IMG/VR virus record: IMGVR_UViG_3300038809_000047 | Span: 1-29,923 of that record | Reading direction: 5' to 3' (one strand) | DNA length: 29,923 nucleotides | DNA from: a virus | Taxonomy: Duplodnaviria > Caudoviricetes | Translations under genes and position numbers: made by a program | The notes under the pieces: model-generated | What the model saw: only the letters and a program-made list of their open reading frames with translations | Databases searched by the model: none | Told to the model about the DNA's origin: nothing | Shown: piece after piece, positions 1 to 7,928 of the stretch | Numbering within the stretch: the first letter of the stretch is position 1 | How the letters are laid out: each line of letters opens with the position of its first letter

Positions 1-1026
1 TCACCGCCCCTCCAGCAACTCCCCGGCCTTGTCCAGCAGGCCCAGCGGATCGTCGGTCTTGTGAATGTCCACCGACAACAGCTGGCGAAACTTGCGCGCG
101 CCAGGGAAACCCGTGCCCAGCCCCAGCACGTGGCGGGTGATGTGGTGCATCGAGCCGCCGTCGCGCAGGTGGGCTTCGACGTAAGGACGCAGCTGCGCCA
201 GCGCTTCGGCACGGGAGATTGGCGGTTCACTGCCGCCGAACAGTTCGCGGTCGACTTCCGCCAGCAGGTACGGGTTGTGGTAAGCCTCGCGACCCAGCAT
301 CACGCCGTCAAAGGTCTGCAGGTGTTCCTGGCACTGCTCCAGGGTCTTGATGCCGCCGTTGAGGATGAATTCCAGGTCGGGGAAATCCTGTTTGAGCTGC
401 GCGGCGATCTCGTAGCGCAACGGCGGGATGTCGCGGTTTTCCTTCGGCGACAGACCTTCAAGGATCGCGATACGGGCATGCACGGTGAAACTGGTGCAGC
501 CTGCGTCCCGCACCGTGCCGACGAATTCACAGAGCTGCTCGTAGCTGTCACGCCCGTTGATGCCGATGCGATGCTTGACGGTCACCGGGATCGACACCGC
601 ATCGCGCATCGCTTTGACGCAATCGGCCACCAATTGCGGGTGGCCCATCAACACCGCGCCAATCATGTTGTTCTGCACCCGGTCGCTCGGGCAGCCCACG
701 TTGAGGTTGACCTCGTCGTAACCCGCCGCCTGCGCCAGGCGTGCGCTGGCGGCCAGGTCCGCCGGGTTGCTCCCGCCCAACTGCAGCGCCAGCGGATGCT
801 CACTCTGATCGTGGCGCAGGAACCGTTCGCTGTCGCCGTGCAGCAAGGCACCAGTGGTGACCATTTCGGTGTACAGCAGCGCGTTCTTCGACAGCAGCCG
901 CAGGAAGAACCGGCAATGGCGATCCGTCCAGTCCATCATCGGAGCGACAGAAAACCTCCTACTTACCGGATCTACTGGCCTAGCGAGGTTTTCTGCTGAT
1001 TTCATCTGCATTTGCACAACTCTCAT
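1..1026 (-). CDS. dusA: tRNA-dihydrouridine(20/20a) synthase DusA; 5' end probably prophage-supplied
   Basis: 341 aa with RFSVAPMMDWTDRHCR, LQLGGS, NLNVGCPSDRVQ, VHARIAIL and GVMLGREAYHNP motifs. Stop codon at 1-3. The exact start is uncertain (several Met codons in the first 8). Confidence 0.97.
   Translation of the reverse strand: MRVVQMQMKSAENLARPVDPVSRRFSVAPMMDWTDRHCRFFLRLLSKNALLYTEMVTTGALLHGDSERFLRHDQSEHPLALQLGGSNPADLAASARLAQAAGYDEVNLNVGCPSDRVQNNMIGAVLMGHPQLVADCVKAMRDAVSIPVTVKHRIGINGRDSYEQLCEFVGTVRDAGCTSFTVHARIAILEGLSPKENRDIPPLRYEIAAQLKQDFPDLEFILNGGIKTLEQCQEHLQTFDGVMLGREAYHNPYLLAEVDRELFGGSEPPISRAEALAQLRPYVEAHLRDGGSMHHITRHVLGLGTGFPGARKFRQLLSVDIHKTDDPLGLLDKAGELLEGR
948..995. repeat. 11-bp perfect inverted repeat in the 5' part of dusA
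   Basis: CAGAAAACCTC (948-958) and GAGGTTTTCTG (985-995), with a 26-nt spacer. Confidence 0.8.
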
Positions 1027-1069
1027 TTACTACCGTTTACCGCTGTTTTCGCTTGTTTCTGAAAGGCTG

Positions 1070-1107
1070 TTGCTACAATGTAGCAAGCCCGGTCAGTCGT
1101 GTAGCAA
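1070..1107. promoter_or_regulatory. Three TGTAGCAA motifs (palindrome plus direct copy); putative integrase arm or regulator binding sites
   Basis: TTGCTACA-A-TGTAGCAA at 1070-1086 and TGTAGCAA at 1100-1107, between the divergent dusA and int starts. Confidence 0.6.
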
Positions 1108-1112
1108 AATCC

Positions 1113-2228
1113 ATGGGCACTATCACCCTTCGCAAGCGCAAGGACGGGTCTTCGGCGTATACCGCACAGATCCGTATCACTCAAAAAGGCGCAACAGTTT
1201 ATCAGGAAAGCCAGACGTTCGAGCGAAAGGCTACGGCGCAGTCGTGGCTGAAGAAGCGTGAGTCTGAGTTGGCGACTCCGGGGGCAATAGAGAAAGCGAA
1301 TCGCAACGGTCATACAGTCAAGGCGATGATTGACCGCTACCTGGACGAGTACGAGAAGCTGCGCCCGCTCGGGAAGACCAAGCGTGCCACTCTGAAATCT
1401 ATAGGTGACACCTGGCTCGGATTGCTGGAAGACAAGAACGTTACCAGCCAGAAACTAGTGGAATACGCCCTTGATCGAATGGAGAGCGACGGGATTCAAC
1501 CGCAGACTGTCGGCAATGATCTTGCTCATCTGGGTGCGGTGTTGTCTGTAGCAAGACCGGCATGGGGTTACGACGTCGATCCGATGGCAATGCCCGACGC
1601 TCGCAAGGTCTTGAGGAAGATGGGGGCCGTCACTCGTAGCAAGGAACGTGATCGCAGGCCATCGAAAGGTGAGCTCGAAACGATTATTGCGTACTTTCAG
1701 GAGATGAGGGATCGACGCCAGCAAGAGATCGACATGGTGCGCGTGACGCTATTTGCACTGTTCTCCACCCGCAGGCAGGAGGAGATCACGCGCATCCGCT
1801 GGGATGCCATTGATGAGGAACGCCGGAGCGTCCTGATCACTGACATGAAAAACCCCGGCCAGAAGCACGGCAATGACGTTTGGTGTCACTTGCCTGACGA
1901 GGCCTGGCAGATCATGCAATCCATGCCTAAGGGCTCAGAGAGGCCTTTCCCGTACAATCACCGCTCTATTTCCGCAGCCTTTACGCGGGCGTGCAACTTT
2001 CTTGAGATGAACAACCTGCATTTCCATGACTTGCGCCATGATGGTGTCAGTAGACTTTTCGAAATGGGGTGGGATATCCCGAAGGTGGCTTCTGTGTCAG
2101 GCCACCGGGATTGGAATTCGATGAGGCGCTATACGCACCTAAGAGGAAATGGCGACCCCTATAAAGAGTGGCCTTTGCTACAGGAAGTGATTGACGGCCC
2201 GAAGATCGAGCCTAAGAAAAAGACATAG
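1113..2228 (+). CDS. int: Tyrosine recombinase/integrase (dusA-associated integrase family)
   Basis: Catalytic R (STRRQEEI), K (DMKNP), HDLRH, SGHRDW and RRY motifs. MGTITLRKRKDG N-terminus from ATG 1113. Divergent from dusA. Confidence 0.95.
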   Translation: MGTITLRKRKDGSSAYTAQIRITQKGATVYQESQTFERKATAQSWLKKRESELATPGAIEKANRNGHTVKAMIDRYLDEYEKLRPLGKTKRATLKSIGDTWLGLLEDKNVTSQKLVEYALDRMESDGIQPQTVGNDLAHLGAVLSVARPAWGYDVDPMAMPDARKVLRKMGAVTRSKERDRRPSKGELETIIAYFQEMRDRRQQEIDMVRVTLFALFSTRRQEEITRIRWDAIDEERRSVLITDMKNPGQKHGNDVWCHLPDEAWQIMQSMPKGSERPFPYNHRSISAAFTRACNFLEMNNLHFHDLRHDGVSRLFEMGWDIPKVASVSGHRDWNSMRRYTHLRGNGDPYKEWPLLQEVIDGPKIEPKKKT

Positions 2229-2236
2229 ATGCATCA

Positions 2237-2256
2237 GGGCTGGCAATCGTCAGCCC
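2237..2256. terminator. Hairpin between convergent int and SOS operon
   Basis: GGGCTGGC-AATC-GTCAGCCC stem with one wobble pair. No clear U-tract. Confidence 0.35.
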
Positions 2257-2278
2257 CTCCCCGGCGTCCTGCCGACGT

Positions 2279-2557
2279 TCAACCTCTCCCCCTTATTATT
2301 TGAATTCCATCCTCCGGGAACCTGCCGCCGTCGAAAAGACCGATTAGTTCGGCATCCTCCAATTCGAGCAACCCCCAAAGCCTGGCCGCGTCCGATAGCT
2401 CAAGCATTTCGCTCAGCTCTTCGGCGCTGACTTGGTTCCGGCGGCGCGCGAGCATCGCCAGCTCGACAAGCTTTCGCCGATGAGCCTCCGGATCGGTGAC
2501 CAGATCATCGCGCGCCTTGATGGCGACCCGCCAATCAGCCAATGGGTTCTCAACCAA
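2279..2557 (-). CDS. Hypothetical helical protein, second gene of the LexA-box operon
   Basis: ORF 2279-2608. The probable TTG start at 2557 overlaps the upstream stop. Acidic helical sequence (EELSEMLELSDAARLWGL) of a kind seen at Pseudomonas prophage ends. Confidence 0.7.
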   Translation of the reverse strand: MVENPLADWRVAIKARDDLVTDPEAHRRKLVELAMLARRRNQVSAEELSEMLELSDAARLWGLLELEDAELIGLFDGGRFPEDGIQIIRGRG

Positions 2558-2843
2558 ACCGACACCACCACGACTGGAAATAGAAAGCCCCGTCGACTTC
2601 CTCGACACCCGTGATGTTCAAGCCAGTCGTCCCCAGGCCGGTCACCTTCGCGTCCAGCAGTCGCGGAAGAATGTCAGGTCCGGCCCCGGTCTTCATGATG
2701 AACGCCTCGACCGTCACACGGCCAAGGGCACTGTTTCCAGACTCATTCATCTGGACGTCACCCTTTATAGGAGTGGCGTCTCTGACCTCTTTCGAAGTAA
2801 GCGCTACGCCAAGGCGCCTTCGCGGGGTTACAAGGAAATGCAT
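2550..2843 (-). CDS. Hypothetical protein (97 aa), SOS-regulated
   Basis: ATG at 2843 (MHFLVTPRRRLGVAL...FQSWWCRFG), directly downstream of a LexA box. Confidence 0.8.
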   Translation of the reverse strand: MHFLVTPRRRLGVALTSKEVRDATPIKGDVQMNESGNSALGRVTVEAFIMKTGAGPDILPRLLDAKVTGLGTTGLNITGVEEVDGAFYFQSWWCRFG

Positions 2844-2859
2844 GGCCGTTGCTCGAATA

Positions 2860-2875
2860 CTGTATATGAGTACAG
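2860..2875. promoter_or_regulatory. LexA (SOS) box
   Basis: CTGT-ATATGAGT-ACAG matches the gammaproteobacterial CTGT-N8-ACAG consensus and lies 16 bp upstream of the 2843 ATG. Confidence 0.88.
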
Positions 2876-3024
2876 TTAACGAGAGTCGAAGGGGATGGGT
2901 CAATACTGGATGGAATTGCCTCCGACAGATGACCTCAATGCTTGATCAATGATTGGTAGGAGCGCTCGCAGGCCAATCCGGCCCGACGACTTGCTGTAAG
3001 CGCTGCCGCCAGTTCGCCCGCATA

Positions 3025-3654
3025 TCATGTCGGAACCCAGACATTGAGTTTCTGGGAATTCTCAACGGCGGTGAGAATCTGCAAATTCCCTGGCACATGC
3101 AGACCGGAAATGTACTTGCCCTGCAATGGCAGTACATGGTCGACGTGATGCTTGATTCCAGTGAGCGCAGTGATGATTAGGCAGCTATCGTACAAACCAC
3201 TAATAAAAGCATGATCGTCCGGCGTCAGCCATCTTGGGGTTCTCTGGATTGTTGCGGCACGCCTTTTCGCCCCGTAAGCAGGGATCAGATGGGGGTTCTC
3301 TGTCCGCCAGTTCCGGTTGGTTTCTTTCACCTTGTCTGGGTTTTTTGCGTAGTACTCCCGGCGATTGAGCCGACGTTGATCCTTTGTGAGCTCATACCAG
3401 ATGCGATTTGTCGCTGCCTTTCGTGCTTTATTTTCCTTGTAGTATTCTCGGTTTTTTGCCAGATGTTTTTCTCTGGTTTCCTGGTAGCGTTGCGCGCTGT
3501 TCTTGTTCGAGCACTTCTTGCACTTCGACCTCAACCCAGCCTTGACAGTGCGGTCAACAGAAAAATGCGATGCGGACTTTAGCTCTCCGCACTGCTTGCA
3601 GACTTGCTCGATGACGCTCATGGCCGGGCCAAGCGTTCCTTTGTACGGGCGCAT
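3025..3654 (-). CDS. HNH endonuclease with N-terminal zinc ribbon
   Basis: CKQC...CKKC, a basic helical linker, and HHVDHVLPLQG...GLHVPGNLQILTAVENSQK. TGATG overlap with the Rz stop. Alternative start at 3621. Confidence 0.88.
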   Translation of the reverse strand: MRPYKGTLGPAMSVIEQVCKQCGELKSASHFSVDRTVKAGLRSKCKKCSNKNSAQRYQETREKHLAKNREYYKENKARKAATNRIWYELTKDQRRLNRREYYAKNPDKVKETNRNWRTENPHLIPAYGAKRRAATIQRTPRWLTPDDHAFISGLYDSCLIITALTGIKHHVDHVLPLQGKYISGLHVPGNLQILTAVENSQKLNVWVPT

Positions 3655-4166
3655 CAGTGTGCGTCCTTTACAGCAAGAATATGGTAGGACCTTTCGCAAG
3701 CCTGCCCCGCTATTCGGTTTGCATCAGCAATTGCTGCCAGATCTCCCGCTCTTTTGTCAGCGCGCTGGCGCAGGTCGGCGAGCACAGTGGTGAGATCGCG
3801 GATTGTCGCGCTTCCTGAGGCAACTCTGGACTTGAGGGCGGCGCGACTGGCAAGCAGCTTGGAGACTTCGAGCTGCAGGCTGTCAGCAGCAGACTGAGCA
3901 TCAGCAGCGTCGGTTGCAGCCATCTTGATTTTTTTTTGGGCATCGTTGCGTACCTGGTCAATGTCGCGTTGGCGTTGCTGTTCGGTCTCGCGCGCGTTCT
4001 CGCTCGCCTGCTGGGCCTTGGTGGCGATATCGGTCTTGTAGTCGGCATAGTCCGTACGCACACCGCTGAGCTGGATAGTCTGATATCCGAGCCCCACAGC
4101 CAGTGCTACGATCAACGCCATGACTGCCCACGCCCAGACGGGCACCAGCTTGAGAGCGGAAATCAT
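3654..4166 (-). CDS. Rz-like inner-membrane spanin (DUF2514-like)
   Basis: N-terminal TM helix, Ala-rich coiled coil and AGQACERSY C-terminus. Directly follows the endolysin. Confidence 0.9.
   Translation of the reverse strand: MISALKLVPVWAWAVMALIVALAVGLGYQTIQLSGVRTDYADYKTDIATKAQQASENARETEQQRQRDIDQVRNDAQKKIKMAATDAADAQSAADSLQLEVSKLLASRAALKSRVASGSATIRDLTTVLADLRQRADKRAGDLAAIADANRIAGQACERSYHILAVKDAH
3710..3943 (-). CDS. Rz1-like outer-membrane spanin lipoprotein embedded in Rz
   Basis: MPKKKSRWLQPTLLMLSLLLTA-C lipobox and a Pro/Cys-rich mature part, in an alternative frame inside Rz. ATG at 3943. Confidence 0.85.
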   Translation of the reverse strand: MPKKKSRWLQPTLLMLSLLLTACSSKSPSCLPVAPPSSPELPQEARQSAISPLCSPTCASALTKEREIWQQLLMQTE

Positions 4167-4588
4167 GGTACGTCCCTGAAAAAGATGTGATGCCCGAGCT
4201 TCAGCGTCTGCGTGGCCTTTGCAGCCCAGGTCGGTGGCTTCGGCATCGTGGTCGCGTAGTAGTGAGTTGCGCCGCCAGTTGGGTCCGCCACCCTTCCATC
4301 AATCACCTGGTCAGCAGCAATGCGGCACTGCGCCAGTTCGCGGAAGGGGATCTGCTTCGCGCCGGTCAGATACGGCTGATTCGGATCCCCCTTGTTCCAG
4401 CAGCTGAACTGGTAGGGCTTCTGGCACACACCCGCGTACCCCTCGCCCCACCACGACTTCTCCTTACCGTCCTCGACCCGGTTACGAATCGACCACGCCA
4501 CGGCCACCATCCCGGCCAGTCCTTCCCCGCGTGCCTCGCCCCACAGTGTGCGCGCCAGCACATCGCGGTCTAGTTCAGTCACGGTCAT
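4163..4588 (-). CDS. Endolysin, cell wall hydrolase (SleB/Hydrolase_2 family)
   Basis: LARTLWGEARGEG, QFSCWN, DPTGGATHYY and GHHIFF motifs. The real start is ATG 4588 with GGAG upstream, so the 340-aa ORF call is over-extended. Confidence 0.93.
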   Translation of the reverse strand: MTVTELDRDVLARTLWGEARGEGLAGMVAVAWSIRNRVEDGKEKSWWGEGYAGVCQKPYQFSCWNKGDPNQPYLTGAKQIPFRELAQCRIAADQVIDGRVADPTGGATHYYATTMPKPPTWAAKATQTLKLGHHIFFRDVP

Positions 4589-5100
4589 CACTTTTCTCCA
4601 GTCGTAAAAAACCCGGCCTGAGCCGGGTTCTTGGTGTATGAGGTTGATCCGCCGAGCCTGACGCCAAGCCAGAAGATTGAGGCCCGCCATCGGGCAGTGC
4701 CATCGCCGGTCGTGAGCGCCCGATAGAACACGGCATCGCAGTCGGCGCGGGACAAGGTGCCCACGGTGTAGAGCCAGTCGTGCAGGATCGCCGCGCGCAT
4801 GCCGTACCCGGCGAGCAGGCCGTACAGCGCCAGGGTGACGATAGCAAGCACTAGCAGCGCGGACGCCAACCAGCCCCAAGCAAAGATCCACCCTGCCAGC
4901 GCGCCTACGGCCGCCCAACGGCATACCTCTCGCAGAATTCGGATTGAGGCCAGGTCGCTGTAGAAATCGGCCGGGACAGTCAGCAGCCCGTGTACCGAGT
5001 CGTTGAGCGTCATTGCTTCCTGTGTGGCCACATCCCAGCGGCTGGTGAAGCGCACCGCTGGATGAATGTCGAACTTGCCGACGGGGGTCATGTTGGCCAC
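4588..5100 (-). CDS. DUF1353-like protein with inserted hydrophobic segment
   Basis: VPADFYSDLASI, AAILHDWLY, ADCDAVFYRAL and GVRLGG motifs. Start at 5100 (GTG) or 5091 (ATG). Confidence 0.8.
   Translation of the reverse strand: MANMTPVGKFDIHPAVRFTSRWDVATQEAMTLNDSVHGLLTVPADFYSDLASIRILREVCRWAAVGALAGWIFAWGWLASALLVLAIVTLALYGLLAGYGMRAAILHDWLYTVGTLSRADCDAVFYRALTTGDGTARWRASIFWLGVRLGGSTSYTKNPAQAGFFTTGEK
4606..4629 (-). terminator. Intrinsic terminator-like hairpin just upstream of the endolysin
   Basis: Minus strand reads AACCCGGC-TCAG-GCCGGG-TTTTTT. Confidence 0.65.
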
Positions 5101-5657
5101 CCCTCCTCAAGCATCTCCGCCGTGATCGTGCCGGCAGCAACCGCATCGAGCAGATCGGACTCGCGGTTGAAGCATGCCTGCACAAATGCGCGGACAGCCG
5201 AAGCCACTCCGATCACCTGCTGACCTGTGAGATCGACGAAGCCCGCGGATGTCTTCCAGTGCAGCGAGTAGTTGGGATCGATCAGGGCTTGCAGCGCGGC
5301 GCCGGTGATCAGGCCTTGGCTGTCGCGGCCAGTGTCGATTGGGATGTCGTTCACTGTGGTGCCTGATACCTCTGCCTCATAGCGGCGTGCGGCTATGAGA
5401 GGTGCCCACTGGGATGCAGTGGCCGGGACCACCACCCACGACTGAAATACCTCATTCCCTTCTATTCTTAGATCGCCCGGCTCCAGCGTCTCTCCTGGAC
5501 CAATTGCGGGCGCTGGGTCGCGATCGATCACTACGTAGCCGTATTCTAGAATATTGTGCGTTTCTATAGTTTCTGGAAAGCCAACATCTGGAAAGCGGCG
5601 GCGAAGGTCAGCCTCAGTGAATTGTGTTTTTGCCTCTAAGTTATACAGCATATGCAC
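5088..5657 (-). CDS. DUF4376-like tail fibre-associated protein
   Basis: IAARRYEAEVSG, DTGRDSQGLITGA, WKTSAGFVDL and FVQACFNRE motifs. Follows the fibre genes. Confidence 0.8.
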   Translation of the reverse strand: MHMLYNLEAKTQFTEADLRRRFPDVGFPETIETHNILEYGYVVIDRDPAPAIGPGETLEPGDLRIEGNEVFQSWVVVPATASQWAPLIAARRYEAEVSGTTVNDIPIDTGRDSQGLITGAALQALIDPNYSLHWKTSAGFVDLTGQQVIGVASAVRAFVQACFNRESDLLDAVAAGTITAEMLEEGWPT

Positions 5658-7254
5658 TCACCCTATAGTTTATCGACTTGCCGCCAATGTTTAGTGAAAT
5701 AATTGCTTTCCCAAATCCGTCAGCGGCTACTTTAAAGCCAGGGCTTATTATCGGGCTACCGCTTCCGACTGCGAACTCAATAGGAAATGGTGCAACAAAC
5801 GAACCTGACGGGCCAACCGCTTGATATATTTGAGAGGCTGCGACAGCCAGCACTCTGTCCGATAACGGAACCAGAAACGAATTCTGCAATGTTGCGGCAA
5901 GAGTGAGCCCTGCAATAGATGTGCTGGAAGTGAGGTCGTTAGTGGAGTAATTTAACCTGCCCCCACTTAGCGTGGTTATAGAGTATGAATACCCCGCCGC
6001 TTTTGCTATGTCAGACATCAGTTCCGAGGTGAAATTTGTTAGGTCTTTCGTCAAATAGGATCCGGACGTTACTGGATTTCTTCGGGTCAATACGACGGTA
6101 CTGGAAATTGCCCGAACTATCGACGTAGCCCTGTCTGGCGCTGCTCCTGCCGATCCTTCACGCCGATACGTCCAGCTTGTACCAGCATTATCGCTGTAGG
6201 CGAAGTTGTTATCTGAGGAGCCAGTGGACATAGAATTCATGAAGAACCTATCGCCAAAAGACGTTAGGTCCGCCGGACCGTTAAAACTGCCTATGGCGAA
6301 TGTTATCAGCTCCCAGCTTTGTCCATTATCAGTGGACCGAAGTGCGGCATTAACGCTAGTCCCACCGACAACTATCGAGGCCGCCAGCATTATCAGAAAA
6401 GCGCCAGCTGCGTAAGCAATGCCGCTAAACTGCGCGTCCCTTGCCACGCCTGTATTTACGAAGCTTTGCGCATTGTCTGTCGACCGGTACACCGTGCCGC
6501 GAAGACCTGCGTTATTTGTTAGGTTAATACCTATCCAGGTCCCGGAGCCGTTAGTGGCGAACTTTCCTGCGTCGGTAGGAAGTCCGCGAGGGTCGAACAC
6601 TATAGATCCGCCCGCCTCATACGGGGTACGAGTGGAAGGAAACTCCCTCTGTGAGCCAGACCAGAGTACATAGATCACTCCAGCCCCTCCTGCGCCGCCC
6701 ACCGAACCATCTGTGGACCCTTGAAGATTGGCCCCGCTTGCGCCGCCGCCACCGCCGCCACCAGGGCGCAGGCCGGCATTGCCTGCGCCGCTGCCGTAGT
6801 TGGTCGTAAGGAAATCGTAAACTGTCCCGGCTTCGAAGATAGAGGCAGGCCCGCCCGGATAGCCTCCCGCACTCTTCGTAGTTTGTCCGCTTGCCGCTCC
6901 ACCGCCAGTCCCGCCCTGTCCGGCCCGGCCTGCGTCTACTCCACCGGCAGCACCTGTCAGAATGGAACCGAAGTTTGCAGCCCCGGATGATATGGCATAG
7001 GTGAAAGACTGACCTGGCGTAACGGGGTAGTTATTGAGGTAGCGAATCCTCCCCCCTAGCCCACCTTGCCCGCCTACGCCCCCGGTTCCTATGACGAAGT
7101 TTCCGCCCGTGCTGCCGGGATTACCCCCCTCAATCAAGAGAATTGAGATTGAATCGACGCCGTTAGGGACGACAAAAGTCCCTGAGCCAGTTAGGACCGC
7201 CTCCCCCGATTCCTTGACCTCTTCTGAGCTCAGGATGATTTTTTTTATAGTCAT
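5641..7254 (-). CDS. Putative receptor-binding/tail fibre protein: glycine-rich N-domain plus BNR/Asp-box beta-propeller
   Basis: SGTFVVPNGVDSI...GGGGGG...GGAGVI glycine-rich domain. Asp-boxes YRSTDNAQSF, LRSTDNGQSW and YSDNAGTSW. More AT-rich codon usage than its neighbours. Confidence 0.7.
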   Translation of the reverse strand: MTIKKIILSSEEVKESGEAVLTGSGTFVVPNGVDSISILLIEGGNPGSTGGNFVIGTGGVGGQGGLGGRIRYLNNYPVTPGQSFTYAISSGAANFGSILTGAAGGVDAGRAGQGGTGGGAASGQTTKSAGGYPGGPASIFEAGTVYDFLTTNYGSGAGNAGLRPGGGGGGGASGANLQGSTDGSVGGAGGAGVIYVLWSGSQREFPSTRTPYEAGGSIVFDPRGLPTDAGKFATNGSGTWIGINLTNNAGLRGTVYRSTDNAQSFVNTGVARDAQFSGIAYAAGAFLIMLAASIVVGGTSVNAALRSTDNGQSWELITFAIGSFNGPADLTSFGDRFFMNSMSTGSSDNNFAYSDNAGTSWTYRREGSAGAAPDRATSIVRAISSTVVLTRRNPVTSGSYLTKDLTNFTSELMSDIAKAAGYSYSITTLSGGRLNYSTNDLTSSTSIAGLTLAATLQNSFLVPLSDRVLAVAASQIYQAVGPSGSFVAPFPIEFAVGSGSPIISPGFKVAADGFGKAIISLNIGGKSINYRVSAYAV

Positions 7255-7928
7255 GTCGAGGCCCCTTTGCGACCGTACAGCGAGCCCCCCTCAAGTGTCA
7301 GGATGTATTCAGTTCGCTTACCCGCGTTAGGCGTTGCTGGCGCCGCGCCGCCACTTGCAATCCAGGTAATTCCGCTCGGCCAGGTTAATGCAAACGCCGT
7401 GGCCCCTTGCGTCACTCGAATCAAGATGATCATCGACTCGGTGGCGCTGAGTGTTGGCAGGTTAGAAAACGATAAGGTCGCCGCCCCGGTCAGCGTTAGA
7501 TCAAAAACGCCAGTGGTCCCGACGTTTAGTGCAAGCGCACCGGTCGCCGCCGTGGACTTCAACATTGGATCAATGGCGATCAGCTTGATCTGGGCCTGGT
7601 AAGAGACGCCCTGCTCATTCGCAAGAACGGCGAGGGCGCGCCGGGCGTTACCGACCATGCTTGGCAGGCCAGCCTGATTGTTGAGAGCTGCGGCAATTGC
7701 AGCGGCACTGGCAGCAGCACTGCTGGCCGTTTGGGCGTTGGTTGCCGAGGAGTTCGCGTACCCGCCAATGGCTGTCACCTGAGCCCCGATCCACGTCAGC
7801 GACGTGTTGATCTGCGGAACCATCGCCTGTTGCGCGGTCAGCGATGCCCCAGCCTTGGCGTCGAACACCGCCTCGGGATCGGTCGGTAATGGCGGATCTG
7901 GCAGAAGCGTGATTGAAGGAACGGCCAT
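7251..7928 (-). CDS. Putative tail fibre/adaptor protein
   Basis: Pro-rich anchor-like N-terminus, Ala-rich coil and C-terminal beta domain (VTQGATAFALTWPSGITW). Position in the tail module. Confidence 0.65.
   Translation of the reverse strand: MAVPSITLLPDPPLPTDPEAVFDAKAGASLTAQQAMVPQINTSLTWIGAQVTAIGGYANSSATNAQTASSAAASAAAIAAALNNQAGLPSMVGNARRALAVLANEQGVSYQAQIKLIAIDPMLKSTAATGALALNVGTTGVFDLTLTGAATLSFSNLPTLSATESMIILIRVTQGATAFALTWPSGITWIASGGAAPATPNAGKRTEYILTLEGGSLYGRKGAST

Noticed and set aside
61-999. 312-aa plus-strand ORF
   Set aside because: It is the antisense shadow of GC-rich dusA and has no recognisable motifs.
2903-2922. Possible second SOS box (TACTGGATGG...)
   Set aside because: Only a half-site is present and the CAG arm is missing at the required spacing.
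4589-5185. N-terminal ~200-aa extension of the endolysin ORF (340-aa call)
   Set aside because: It overlaps the DUF1353-like gene in another frame with Arg-rich junk sequence. A good RBS and ATG exist at 4588.
6680-7120. GCC/CCG-rich repeats suggesting a VNTR or collagen-like repeat
   Set aside because: They are explained by glycine-rich coding sequence. There is no regular tandem unit or Gly-X-Y periodicity.
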